Assembly: GCF_009914755.1 (NCBI RefSeq) | Contig: NC_060935.1 | DNA length: 64,000 nucleotides | Direction: 5' to 3' (one strand) | From: the human T2T-CHM13v2.0 reference genome, Homo sapiens | In this document: piece by piece, positions 39,554 to 64,000 of the stretch | Numbering within the stretch: position 1 is the first letter of the stretch | How the letters are laid out: the number at the start of each line of letters is the position of its first letter | Notes under the pieces: model-generated | Told to the model about the DNA's origin: nothing | What the model saw: the letters and a program-made list of their open reading frames with translations, nothing else | Databases searched by the model: none | Translations under genes and position numbers: made by a program

Positions 39554-39902
39554 TAAAGATGGTATTTTGCCATGTTGCCCAGACTGGTCTCAAACTCCTG
39601 AGCTCAAGTGATACACCTGCCTCAGCCTCCCAAAGTGCAAGGAATACAGAGATGAGCTACCATGCCTGGCAAGCAAAATAATTTTACAAAATGGATGAAC
39701 AAGACATGGTTCATTCTCAGAGGGAGCTGTTAAACCAACAGAGATAAGACACAGACAATATACTTCCAGGCAGAAAGTGACAAGTGCTAAAAGGAAGATA
39801 CAAAGCGCTATTAAAATTCGGAAGGAATGGTTTACTTTTTTGGAGTTGTGACACCTTAGAGTAAATTATTGAAGTTGTTTTATTTTGAGACATCCCCCTT
39901 CT

Positions 39903-40049
39903 TTTTTTTTTTTTTTAAATACTAAGCATCCTTTTATTTGCTGACACCATTACAAAAACATTACATTTGCAACAAAAAAGTGTTTTCTTCAGTTGAAGTC
40001 AGAGGCAGTTACTTCCCAAAATATTAAGTAAAACAGTGTACAACATCAG
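39903..40049 (-). pseudogene. Orphan 5'-truncated polyadenylated retrocopy (3'UTR end of an unidentified transcript, or an orphan L1 transduction)
   Basis: Poly(A) at 39902-39916; AATAAA at 39933-39938 (minus); 17-bp TSD tgagacatcccccttct (39886-39902) / tgagatatcccccttct (40050-40066). The body does not resemble Alu or L1. Confidence 0.85.
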
Positions 40050-40899
40050 TGAGATATCCCCCTTCTAAAAGTCCCACATAAAATAGTGGGAAATAAAATT
40101 AGTTTTGTTTGAGGGGGACTTTTTTGGCTGTTTTAAAAAAATGTCTTAGAATCTTCTCTCTCAGATAATTTTCTGCATATGTCATGCTCTGACCCACTCC
40201 ATTAACATGGTATAAAAGGAAGCTTAATGCCGTCTGTCCCCACCTTCCTCTCCAGCCTCTTCTCCACTCTCCCGGATACCACGCTTTAACTGTATTGGGC
40301 CTTTTGTTTTTCCTCCAAGTCATTATACTTTTTCAAGGCTCACAAGCTGTTCTGTCTACTTGGAAGACCTCCCCTTCTTCACCTGGCTAATTCCTCTTCA
40401 ACCTTTAAATCTCAGTGAGAAAGCAGGGTGAGGAGGGACACAGACAAATTTCTCCTTCTAAGAAACCTTCCTGGATTCTCTGCACTAAGTTACTTTTCTT
40501 TCTTTCTTTTTTTTTTTCTTTTTTAAATTTGAGACATGGTCTCACTCTGCTGCCCAGGCTGGAATGCAGTGGTGTGATCCTGGCCCACTGCCCCTTGAAT
40601 ACCTAGGTTCAAGCGATCCTTCTGCCTCAGCTTCTCAGTAGCTGGGACTACTTGGTGGCACATGCCACCAAGCCTGGCTAATTTTTAGAAATGTTTATAG
40701 AGATGGGGTCTCACTATAGTGCCCATGCTAGTCTTCCGGTCCTGGGTTCAAGTGATCCTCCCACCTTGGCCTCCCAAGTGCTGGGATTACTGGTGGGAAC
40801 CACCATGCCCAGCCCTGAGTTGCTTTTCTTACCATGAGCTGCCAGAGTTCTTGTGCTTCCTCTGTCCTAGGAAAACTGCTCTATGTTTTAATCATCTGA

Positions 40900-41034
<135 letters not shown>

Positions 41035-42782
41035 TGAGTAGCTAGGATTACAGGAGTATACCACTACACCCGGCTCATTATATTTTTGTAGAGATGGGGG
41101 TCTCGCCATGTTACCCAGGCTGGTCTCAAACTCCAGGACTTAAGTGATCCGTCTGCCTCAGCCTCCCAAAGTACTAGGATTACAGGAGTGAGCCACCGTA
41201 CCTGGCCTTAACCATCTATTTTGATGACTATGTTCTATTTTAGATTATGAGGTCCCTAAGGGTAGAAGTCTCAGTTTTCTTCATATCCTCAGTGTCCGGC
41301 ACAGGGCCTAGCATCAAGGAGAGGACAGTAAATATTGATTAAGCTGGACTGAAATGTGGTTATTGGAGCTGCCCTGTGGTTTTATAAATCAGATTTATCA
41401 AATATAACCCACTATCTGCAAACACCTGGCTCCAGATGACCTTGGTTGCTTGAATGGATTGGATGCTCCCTTTGTTTAGGGTTGTAGGCTTTTCTCTGAT
41501 GTTATTCAGTGTCCCAGGGTGGCTAGTACAGTAGTGCTGGATACTGGAGTAAGTTGCTCCAGCCTCGTGGCTTCCTGCACAGGACAGCACAGTGAAAGCT
41601 TTCATTCACCACCTTACAGAGGCTCTGTCCTGAGTTCCTGTCTCTTATCCCTCTGGGGAACTGGACTAGTTAAACTAGATGGAATCTTTTGTGGCCTCCT
41701 TTCTTTCTCTCCCTAAGCCTAGAAAAAAAATAAGTTGGCCAGATTCCCATTTTTTCCTCTCTGGGTCTCAGTCTGGCCCCTCTACTCTTGTGAGCCCAAC
41801 ATCCCTAAGACGAGTAAATTCTCATGCTCATGCATAAAGTATCCAACCCTTGTCCCATTTCTGCTGGTATAATCCCTTCATTCCTCCTTCGAAAGGTCCC
41901 ACACTCAGTCTTATGACTTACGCATCTTGGGAAGGAAGGGGGTATCTACTTCATCTCAGCTTTCCTTGTTAATACTGTTTTTATCTCTTTCTTTCTTTCT
42001 TTCTTTCTTTTTTTTTTGAGATGGAGTCTTCCTGGAGTTCAGTGGTGCCATCTCGGCTCACTGTAATGTCCGCCTTCCGGGTTCAAGCAATTGTCCTGCC
42101 TCAGCCTCCTGAGTAGCTGGGATTACAGGCATGCGCTACCATGCCCAGGTAATTTTTGTATTTTTAGTAGAGATGGGGTTTCATCATGTTGGCCAGGCTG
42201 GTCTCAAACTCCTGACCTCAGGTGATCCACCTACCTTGGCCTCCCTAAGAGCTGGGATTATAGACATGAGCCACCGTGCCCAGCCTGTTTTTATCTTTTT
42301 CTTACATGGCCCGGTTTATAACTCTGAATAGTTTCCCATCCCTCCATCCCGTGTCCTTGTCCTTGATGCTTTTTTGAGGGAGTAGATGAGAGATAAAAAT
42401 GAGGCTTTTTCTCAGGTGGCAGCATGGGGCATGACAATAAATGTGGTATTTCAGCTCGCTTACAGTATGTACCTGACCTCCTTCTCAGTGATTTCCCTTT
42501 TTGCACCTTGTATTTCAGACATGTTTTCTCATACACCCATGCTCTTTCCTGCCTCTCTGCCTTTGCACATGCTCTTTCCTTTGTATGGGATGATACCCTC
42601 CCTTTTTTCTCTATGGTGCTCATCCTGTAAGACCCATCTTGACCTGTGGCAGTGAGTGATCATATTTTAGAGCGTATCTCCAGACCTAGCATCCTGTCTC
42701 AAAGTGTAGATCTCATTATTCCTTAAAGGCCCTGCATCATTCAGTTGAATTTAAAAAGGCTTCAGATATTTGGAGTGACTTA

Positions 42783-43169
<387 letters not shown>

Positions 43170-43597
43170 TTAGTTACTTGACCTCAGCTGTTGTCCAGCT
43201 TCCAGTCTTGGGGTAATGGCAGCTTAATAATCTGAAAATTGCCAAGAGAAAGATGTGGAAGGATGAAATGGAGGCAACATGAATTTCTGTCACCTTGTCA
43301 TATGTTCTCATTTCCAGGCCTTGGAGCAAGAGAGTTAGGTATATCTTCTGTAACTCAGACAATTTTCTTCCTCTTTGCAGAATGGCCCCTAGGAATCAAG
43401 GTAGCTTTTCTTTTGGAAACTTCATGCTGTTTTTAGTGTTGATAGAAAGGAGGTATCTGCCATTTCTGTCACCTATTTTATTTTGTTGTAGCACCCATAA
43501 TAGATCAGCTGTCACAGCCACAAATCTCTGAGGAGACTGGAATCATTCCCAGATAAATCAGAAAGTCAGAATCACTTTATGGTTATAGTCCTGGCTT

Positions 43598-43837
43598 CTT
43601 GAGAGCTTGTCTGGAGGTTGTAGCAGGGGAGCACAGCTAGTCATATACCCTTGACTAAGGACCGGTCTTCCTCTATTGGGGATGGTTGTCCTCTTCTACT
43701 GAGCTTGCAGCTTTGGGAGGGATGCACATGGAGTGGTGAGGGAGGAAGGGGACACCCGCCTAGCCAGCCAGATCAGCTGAATCAACCCTGGCAATCAATG
43801 GGGTGACAGATGTTGCAGCCAGATCGCCCTCACATCC
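43598..43837 (-). pseudogene. 7SK snRNA retropseudogene (RN7SKP type), nt 1 to ~240, 3'-truncated, no poly(A)
   Basis: Minus strand reads GGATGTGAGGGCGATCTGGCTGCAACATCTGTCACCCC...CAAGCTCTCAAG, collinear with recalled 7SK. TSD agtcctggcttct (43587-43599) / agtcctaccttct (43838-43850). Confidence 0.95.
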
Positions 43838-44732
43838 AGTCCTACCTTCTTGGTAACAAAACAATTGGTTTTGCTGGTCTAGAAACTGTAGGGCTAGACA
43901 TGTATTATAGGACTGGCTTAGGGAGAGTTACTTTATATTAGCACTCATGTTTTCACTCATTTATTTCTTGTAGCTCATTAAAAGAAAAACCATAATTGAG
44001 CATCTACTATATGCCATGCATTGTGCTGAGTATCCATGATGCTCAGGTGAACGGGACATGGTCCTGTAAAAAGTGTAAAGTCTGCTGGGAAAGTTAGTGC
44101 TCAAAAGTGTAACTAAATACTTGAGGCAAGTGCTTTACTAGGGAATAAACTAAATATCAAGAGAACAAAGATAAGCAATTCCTTCACGATGTTTTACATG
44201 GTAAATCCATACAATTTTAAAAACAAAAAAGAAGCAATTCTCCCCAAAAGGGTCAGTGAAGGTGTTACGGAGTTCAGCTCAACAAACATTTATTAAATGC
44301 CACCTGTATTCTTGGCACTGGGTAGGTAAAGCTGAACTGGACACTCCTCTGGCAGTATCTAGTTGCTTGGGGTAGCTGTTGACACAGGGCTGTGAAGAAC
44401 ATAGAAAAGCTCCCCAGGGCTTTTCTAAGTACAGGGAGTGACTCACGTGAAGACCTGACTGCCTGTGCCATTAGAGCTCCTGGTCTGCAGCCCCTGGGAG
44501 TCTTGCCCTGTGTCACCAAATTACAATAGTGTCTGATTTTTAGAGGGATTCATGTTTGATATGAATAATAGTAATGACCCTTTTCCATTCTAAAAGTACT
44601 TTGGCATCCATTATCTCAGATCCTTGCAAGCCATATTCCCTTGGAACATTGGTGGTACTAGAGCCAAACCCCTCCTCAAGATGAATAATAATAGTCTTTC
44701 CCATTTTAGAAACATATTAAATGAATGGATAG

Positions 44733-45014
<282 letters not shown>

Positions 45015-45399
45015 TAATTTTTTGAGATGGGCTCACTCTGTCATCTAGGCTGGAGTGCTGTGGCATGATTATGGCTCACTGCAGCCTTGACCTCTCTGGC
45101 TCAGGTAATCCTCCCACCTCAGCCTCCTAAGTAATTGGGATTATAGGTGCGCCCCACCACACCTGGCTAATTTTTTGTAAAGATGGGGTTTCACCATGTT
45201 GCTCAGGCTGGTCTCGAACTCCTGGACTCAAGTGATATGCCTGCCTTGGGCTCCTAAAGTGTTGGGATTACAGGTGTGAGCCACCACAGCTGGCCTAGAA
45301 TTCATTTCAGTTCAACTCAACATTTAATAATTTGGGGCTCTAGGAATAGAAAGATTAATGAGACATAGTACCTTCCTACATGAATTGTGGTAGTAGTTT

Positions 45400-45900
<501 letters not shown>

Positions 45901-46145
45901 TAATCTCCTGACCTCAGGTGATCTGCCCGCCTCAGCCTACCAAAGTGCTGGGATTACAGGTGTGAGCCACCATGTCTGGCCTGTTTTTTTTTTTTTGAGA
46001 CAGGATCTCATTCTGTCATCCAGCCTGGAGTGTAGTGGTGTGATTATAGCTCACTGCAACCTCAAACTCTTGAGTTTAAGCGATCCCCCAGCCTCAGCCT
46101 CCTGAGTAGCTGGGACCACAGGTACACGCCATCACACAGGGCTAA

Positions 46146-46501
<356 letters not shown>

Positions 46502-46762
46502 TAGTCTCGATCTCCTGACCTCGTGATCCGCCTGCCTCGGCCTCCCAAAGTGCTAGGATTACAGGCGTGAGCCACCGCGCCCACCCTGTCTTTCTTTAGA
46601 GTAATTGAACTAGCACTTTGCAAACTGCAGTTGCTTAATACATTCTTCATTTCGTAAAATTTACTAGTTGGAAATTGGGACCATGCTTATCTCCAATATA
46701 TAGTAGTAACAGTAATGTCCTATCTATGTACACTACACAACCTCTTTTAAAAATGCCATTTA

Positions 46763-47005
<243 letters not shown>

Positions 47006-47256
47006 CTACACCCTAGCCTGAGTGACAGAGTGAGACTCTGTCTCAAAATAATAATAATTTTAAAATGCCATTTATTTATTTATTTTTAATTTATTTTTTT
47101 GAGACAGGGTCTCACTGTCGCCCAGGTTGGAGTGCAGTGGCGCGATCTTGGCTCACTGCAACCTTTTCCTCCTGGGTTCAAGCAATTCTTGTGCCTCGGT
47201 TTCCTGAGTAGCCAGGATTACAGGTGTGCACCTCCATGCCCAGCTAATTTTTGTAG

Positions 47257-47508
<252 letters not shown>

Positions 47509-50500
47509 TAATTTTTTGTATTTTTAGTAGAGACGGGTTTTCACCATGTTGGCCAGTCTGGTCTCGAACTTCTGACCTCAGGTGATCCTCCCACCTCACC
47601 CTTCTAAAGTGCCAGGATTACAGGCATGAGCCACCGTGCCCTTCCAAAAATGCCACTTATTATTATATACCAGGTGCTGTAAGTACTATGTGCCAGGCTT
47701 TAAAGACATTATTTCATTTTATAGCCTTATAAACATATATATTATTTAAGCCTTAGAGTATCATATGGTTATTCAAGACCCTGTTTGAGGAATCCAAGAC
47801 TCAGAGAAAGATTAAATGATGTGCCCACGTGGCTAGAAGTTTTCAGAGCCGATATTTGGAATGAGGATGGCCAGAATTCATCTAACATCTCTAGTATTTC
47901 CATTTCATATAAATTCACTCTATTAAGCTTCACAATAACTTTAGCTGTTACAGATGAGGAAACTGAGGCCTAGAAAGGTCACACAGTGTCATGTAGTGAC
48001 TAAGCAGATAGTTAGGATTTGAGGTCAGATTTTCTGTGGCTTCCATCTAAGTCTAGTGCACTTTATATAGCATCAGGCCATGCCTCCTTGCTACCCCAGT
48101 CAGAGCCAGGCCTTTTGTCCATATGTCTCTCAAGTGTATAACACCAGGTTATAAACATACTCAATCGCTGCATACCTCACAGCTCATTATGGACTGTTGA
48201 TAGTACTTAACCCCAAATCATTCAAATCCTCGGGTGTAAATTTTGTTATTTTCATCACTAGAATTTCTGGAAGCTGAATATGCTGCAGGCATATCAGCCT
48301 TTTTGTTTGAGGATTCAGATAATGGATTAATTCTTATCCAACTTTCTCACCCTGGAGAATGTCACTTATAGCGATGGGTAGATACTATCACTTTAAAGGA
48401 GAGAGCCTGGGCTTGGGGCTGCAGACTCAGCTTCCAGTTCTGGATAGACATAAAGTTGTTACCTTTGCCCTTGTCTTGCTGTTAAACCTTACACAAGCCA
48501 TTTTCCTTTTCTGGGTCTCAACTTCCCCCTTGTGTAGAATTAGGGGGAAGGAGAGATTAAATTATCTCTAAGATCCTTTCTGGCTGTAACAGGCTATGAT
48601 TCTAATTTGATTCCTTTCTTTATCTGCTCTTTCCAGCAAAGTTTCTCAGTAACCTTGGGCAAATAACTTACCTTCAGAGGACCTCAGTTTTCTGTCTGTG
48701 AAATAGGGGTAATAATGTGAACATTTGTGTACAAAACTTGTTTCATAATTTACCCTATAGTCTATTTGGGGGACCAGAGTGCAGTCCTACAAGGACCTAA
48801 GAATGACAATCCTGGGCCATCCCTTAGTGAATCTAGGCCATAGGAGTGCCAACGTTTGATGATGGACAGTAGTCCATCCTCCCTACTACGTTTCTCCTAA
48901 CTTCCTTTCCTTTCCTGCCTGGCTGGCCTTCATGTGCAGTCAGGTTGGGCTTCCCAAAACACAGCTTTATTCATGTATATCCTTTGCACAGATTTATTTA
49001 TTTATTTATTTAGAGACAGAGTCTCGCACTGTTGCCCGGGCTGGAGTGCAGTCAGTGGCATGATCTTGGCTCACTGCAACCTCTGCTTCACGGGTTCAAG
49101 CGATTCTCCTGCCTCAGCCTCCTGAGTATCTGGGACTACAGGCACCCGCCACCACGCCTGGCTAATTTTTTTGTATTTTTGGTAGAGATGGGGTTTCACC
49201 ATGTTGGTCAGGCTGGTCTTGAACTCCTGACCTCATGGTCCGCCTGCCTCGGCCTCCCAAAGTGCTGGGATTACAGGCATGAGCCTCCACTCCTGGCCCA
49301 CAGATATATCTTTAATAGTTCCTCATGGCATTCATGAAGTCCTGAACTCAATCAGTAGGCATTGAGAGAATGGGATGGATGTGAGAAAAATTGTGTAGAT
49401 AAAATGACAGAAACTGGCATCTGGTATTATATGCAGTTAAGCTCTTGCTGGCTATGCTGTGCCCTGGCTCAGAACTGAAATATGTATTGTAATATCACAG
49501 TGGGATCTTGATAATGTGAATTGGTTCAGGTAGATCTAGGCCAACATGGGAAAGCAAATGAGATGCCAAGATGGACACTGGGATCAGCTTTCTTTTCTTT
49601 GTTCCCCTAAAGCAATACCTTTGGAGAGTCCTGGCATTTTCTGTGGTTAAGAAAAGCCTCCTACAGGCTTCAGAGAAGCTCCTCCCCTCTCTGCTGGAAA
49701 ATTTCAGCCACTCTCCATTGCATTCTGACTTCAGCATTCTAGACAGCTCTTACTGCAGTGCTGCCTGTCACGATGAGAAGTCCTGATTGCTGCATTTGGC
49801 CATGAATGTGTTGGGCTCTGAAGAGGAGAGAGCCAAATGCCTGCATGTTGGTGGTTGGTTTCTAGAGGTTGGCTTCCCACTCACCGCAAGGTCTAGCACC
49901 CTGGGGTGGCCACCACTGTTAAGAACTTTAGTAATGCAGAGGAAAAATTCCTGCACTAGGATCAGGAGGTCTGGATTTTAGTTCCTGGGGTCTGTCTTGT
50001 CTGGCTTCGTGATTCTGGGGAACACATTTATCTGTTTGGGCTTCATATTCTTCCCTTGCAAAGATGAAGAACCAGGACAAAAGCATCTCTAAATTCCTTC
50101 CTATTCTAAAATTTTAAAATAATGACTCATTGTATGTTTTCTCTTTGCTGGGCCCTGTGCTAGATAGGAGGAATATAAAGTGAAAATAATAATAAAAGTT
50201 AATGTTTAGTGTTTATGTGCCACAGATTGTATTAACCATTTTACATATAGTATTTTGTTCAGTTCTCAAAACATTCCTGTGAGATCAGGTCTATCATCAG
50301 TATTACTGGCCTTGTAAAAGGACCATTTCTTTGTCTTCTCTGTGCTTCCTCAAATTGGCTTCCTGCTCTTGACAGGTTGACCTTCAGAGCAGCAGTGTAA
50401 GGGAACCATTCCAGGTGCTCTGTTAGGAACAATGCTGCTGTGGAAGCCCCTAGACTGTTGGCTATTAGATGGGGTGACTTAAGACATATCAGTAGGGATA

Positions 50501-50529
50501 GTTTTTTTTTCTTTTTTTCTTAAAAAAAT

Positions 50530-52915
<2,386 letters not shown>

Positions 52916-53080
52916 TTTACTAAAATTCAAACATAATAGATTTTAAAATTCTAATTTTAGATTAATAAGATATTTACACTATTAGAAAATTTTAAAAACA
53001 GAAGAAAATAGTTTAAAATTCTCATTCCTACCCCCAGACCCCAGCCACCTAGTTCCCTCACAAACAGCCAATGATACTAG

Positions 53081-53392
<312 letters not shown>

Positions 53393-53436
53393 TAGCTGAT
53401 ACTATTTTTGTACATGCTTCCAGAGATATTTTTTAA

Positions 53437-53898
<462 letters not shown>

Positions 53899-53955
53899 TG
53901 AGCCACCGCGCCCGGCCCCTTATTTCTTTTTACAGCTGCATAATTTACTTAATAA

Positions 53956-54126
<171 letters not shown>

Positions 54127-54993
54127 TAAGAAAATTTTTTTTGTAGAGTCGGGATCTAGCTATGTTGTCAGGGCTGCTCTTGAACCCTTTGGCTCAAGTT
54201 ATCCTCCTATCTTGGCCTCAAAGTTCTGGGATTACAGGTGTCAGCCACTGTACCCAGCTATAAGTCCCTCTCTTTATGGGCATTTAGGTTAGATTATTTT
54301 CGGTTGAGGTGCTTTCTTCTTTCTGAAGTATGTTGTGTTAAATATTTTTTCCCAGGCTTTGTTTTAACTTTTTTTTTTTTTTTTTCCCTTGAGATGGAGT
54401 CTCGCCCTGTCACCCAGGCTGGAGTGCAATGGCGTGATCTCGGCGCACTTCAACCTCGCCTCCCAGGTTCAAGTGATTCTCCTGCCTCAGTCTCCTGAGT
54501 AGCTGGGATTACAGGTATGTGCCACCATGCCTGGCTAATTTTTTGTATCTTTAGTTGAGATGGGGTTTCACCATGTTGGCCAGGCTGGTCTTGAACTCCT
54601 GACCTCGTGATCCATCCAACTCAGCCTCCCAAAGTGCTGGGATTACAGGCATGAGCCATCACGCCCGGCCTTCATTTTAACTTTTTACAGCAGCCTACAC
54701 AAGTTGATATGTAGTGAAGCAATATTTTGTATGACAGAAAAGGAAGAAATCAAATAATTATTCTACCTTTCAGTTCTCAAAAGGAATGCTGTGTAGACAA
54801 TTGTAGAATTTCGAGCTAGGAGTAGAAGAGAACTAATGCTGAGATTCCTTTCTGTTAATTTTTTTTCATGATTCTGATAAAACTCAGGATTCTCTCCTCA
54901 GAAACATGTACACGTAAAATTTTGCATATAAATTTTGGGGCTTGGCCAGGAGCAGTGGCTCATGCCTGTAATCCCGGCACTTGGGGAGGCCTA

Positions 54994-55224
<231 letters not shown>

Positions 55225-55917
55225 TCAAAAAAAAAAAATATTGGGGGGCTCATAGACCCCTTAATTCATATATGGGTTAGGAATATTTTAATCTAGGCTA
55301 GGTGTGGTGCTCACACCTGTAATCCTAGCACTTTGGGAGGCCGAGGCGGGTGGATTGCCTGAGCTCAGGAGTTTGAGACTGCCCTGGGCAGCATGGTGAA
55401 ACCCCATCTCTACGAAAAATACGAAAAATTAGCCAGGTGTGGTGGGGTGCGCCTGTCGTCCCAGCTACTTAGGAGGCTGAGGCATGAGAATTACTTGAAC
55501 TGGGGAGGAAGAGGTTGCAGTGAGCCGAGATTGCGCCACTGCCACTCCAGCCTGGGTGACAGGGTGAGACTGTCTCCAAAAAAAAGAAAAATATTTCAAT
55601 CTGACATAATCCCATTGGTTTACAAATTGAGTAATAGAAGGCCAGAAATGGGAGGTGAATCTCAAAACAAGGTAATAGTATAAGACAGTCACATGTATTC
55701 ATGTTCAAGTAATTCATGTATTCAAGTAATGACAGCAATATTCTCTCCTTGCATTGGCTGATGTCACAGCCTAGAATGGCAAGGGAAGCTGCTCTTTCCT
55801 TCCCAGGAGAACTTCAGTTTGTAGGTGGGGTAACCTGAGAGCAAAATGTGAACAAATTTATTAGAAAGATTGACTTTTTAAAATATCAAGATAGTATTAT
55901 TAGAATTTCTTGTATAA

Positions 55918-56163
<246 letters not shown>

Positions 56164-56169
56164 TAGAAT

Positions 56170-61275
<5,106 letters not shown>

Positions 61276-61345
61276 TTAGGTAATCTGTCACTGTGGCAAG
61301 GTAGTACATGATATAGTATGTGGATATGGCAAAAATTACACTTGC

Positions 61346-62386
<1,041 letters not shown>

Positions 62387-63068
62387 TCATTAGATATTAG
62401 TATATTCCCATTTAACAGATGTGGAAATCAAGGCTTAGAAAGGCTGAAAGCACAGAACCAGTAACTTGCCTGGATTTAAACCCAGTTCTGCCTGACAAGT
62501 ATTTTCAGTTACATAGGGTCTTATTTTAAGTCCTTCAGCCAAATTTGAACTTTTAAACCTTTATACATTAGAGTGCAACTGTGCTAAAAGATGTTCTTTA
62601 GGAGATTTGATAATAAGCTGTGACTTTAGCTCTCATAGCTGACAGTACTTCAGTTCTAAAAATGTGCTTTATCTCTTTCTGATGCCCCAGAGAGTTGGTT
62701 CCTCTTTCAGCACTTGACACATACCTCATGTCACTTAGTGCTCTGGGCTCGAATGATCTATTCATGTGGCAGTTCCTTTTCCCTCTGACAGTGCATTCCT
62801 TCTGGATGGGGACTGTGTTCTTTGTTTCTTTAGCACCCACTACAAGGCCTGCCATATGGGAGACATTCAGTCATGATTGAAAGAATGACAGGTTCTTAAA
62901 TATCACTATACAATCCAGTTGTGTGGTATACAGTTGCTAAATTAATGAAAGTCCTTTTAATGAATTAATTCAAAAACTATTGATTGAGCCTCTTCTTGCT
63001 ATGTGGTGAGCACTGCATTAGACATTCTGGGAGATATTAAGGGGAACCTCCTAGTTTCAGGGAACGTA

Positions 63069-63092
63069 CACACACACACACACACACACACA
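63069..63092. repeat. (CA)12 microsatellite
   Basis: Direct reading. Confidence 0.9.
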
Positions 63093-63452
63093 GTGAATGC
63101 ACACATACATGCATGTACATACATACCGAGAGACATAATTATAACATAATGTGAAAGATAAACTGCAATTACAGCTCAAAGAGGCAGAGTAACATAGTAA
63201 TTTAGAGTAGTGCTTCTCAAAGTACCATTCCGAGAAGATGTCAGGAACTTATGCCAAAATGTACATTAATACTTGGTTTCCTTCATTAGGAGAGTCTTGA
63301 TATTAAGAAAAACTTGGCTGAATCAAGCGGTTTGTTTAGTGACTGGTTGCACATTTCTTGTCTGTCATGGACCAGTGACAATTAGGCTGTTCACTGGCAG
63401 CTTGTCTATGGACTACACTTGAAATAATATGTGGTTAAGAGTACAAGCTCTG

Positions 63453-64000
63453 CCCACAGAATGGGAGAAAATATTTGCAAGCTATCTAGCTGACAAGGGA
63501 TTAATAACCAGAATATATAAGGAGCTCAAACAACTCTATAGCAAAAAAAAAAAAAAAAAAAAAAAATCTAATAATCTAATTTAAAAATCGACAAAAGATC
63601 TGAATAGACGTTTCTTAAAAGATGTACAGATGGCAAACAGGCCTATGAAAAAGTGCTCAACATCACTGATCGTCAGAGAAATGCAAATCAAAACTACAGT
63701 GAGATATCATCTCATCATGGCTTTTATCCAAAAGACAGGCAATAACAAATGTTGACGAGGATGTGGAGAAAAAGGAACCTTTATACACTGTTGATGGGAT
63801 TGAAAATTAGTACAACCATTATGGAGAACAGTTTGGAAGTTCCTCAAAAAACTAAAAATTGAGCTACCATATGATCTAGCAATCTCACTGCTAGGTATAA
63901 ACTCCAAAGAAAGAAAATCAGTATATCGAAAAGTTATCTGCACTCCCGTATTTATTGCAGCACTATTCACAATAGCCAAGATTTGGAAGCAACCGGAGTG
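63453..64000 (+). mobile_element. L1MA-type ORF2 3' region, continuing past the window end
   Basis: cccacagaatgggagaaaatatttgca...cactattcacaatagccaagatttggaagcaacc; degraded, with an internal A run. Confidence 0.88.

Noticed and set aside
63707-63979. 90-aa minus-strand ORF
   Set aside because: Antisense translation of a degraded L1.

Overview
Human (primate) genomic DNA, entirely inside one + strand gene, MRPL48 (mitoribosomal protein mL48; chr11q13 from memory). Four internal coding exons (53, 38, 89 and 170 nt, all AG/GT bounded) splice in frame. Exon 1 lies upstream and the 3' exons downstream of the window. The rest is intron: about 90 Alus (roughly 40% of the window, counted by eye, mostly antisense, several nested), L1/L2/MIR fragments, a MER52-type solo LTR, and MER1A and MADE1 DNA-transposon MITEs. 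Four non-Alu retrocopies with target-site duplications (TSDs) are all antisense to the host gene: BC200, a tailless 3'-truncated 7SK, a full-length MIX23/CCDC58 processed pseudogene split by an Alu, and an unidentified ~147-bp polyadenylated orphan. Almost all ORF-track entries are repeat artefacts. I found no convincing new multi-gene system. The best leads are the orphan retrocopy, an in-frame Alu cassette-exon candidate, an old intragenic duplication abutting exon 4, templated-insertion repair scars and a TAATTA-dense candidate enhancer. Family and gene names come from recalled consensus sequences, not from a search.
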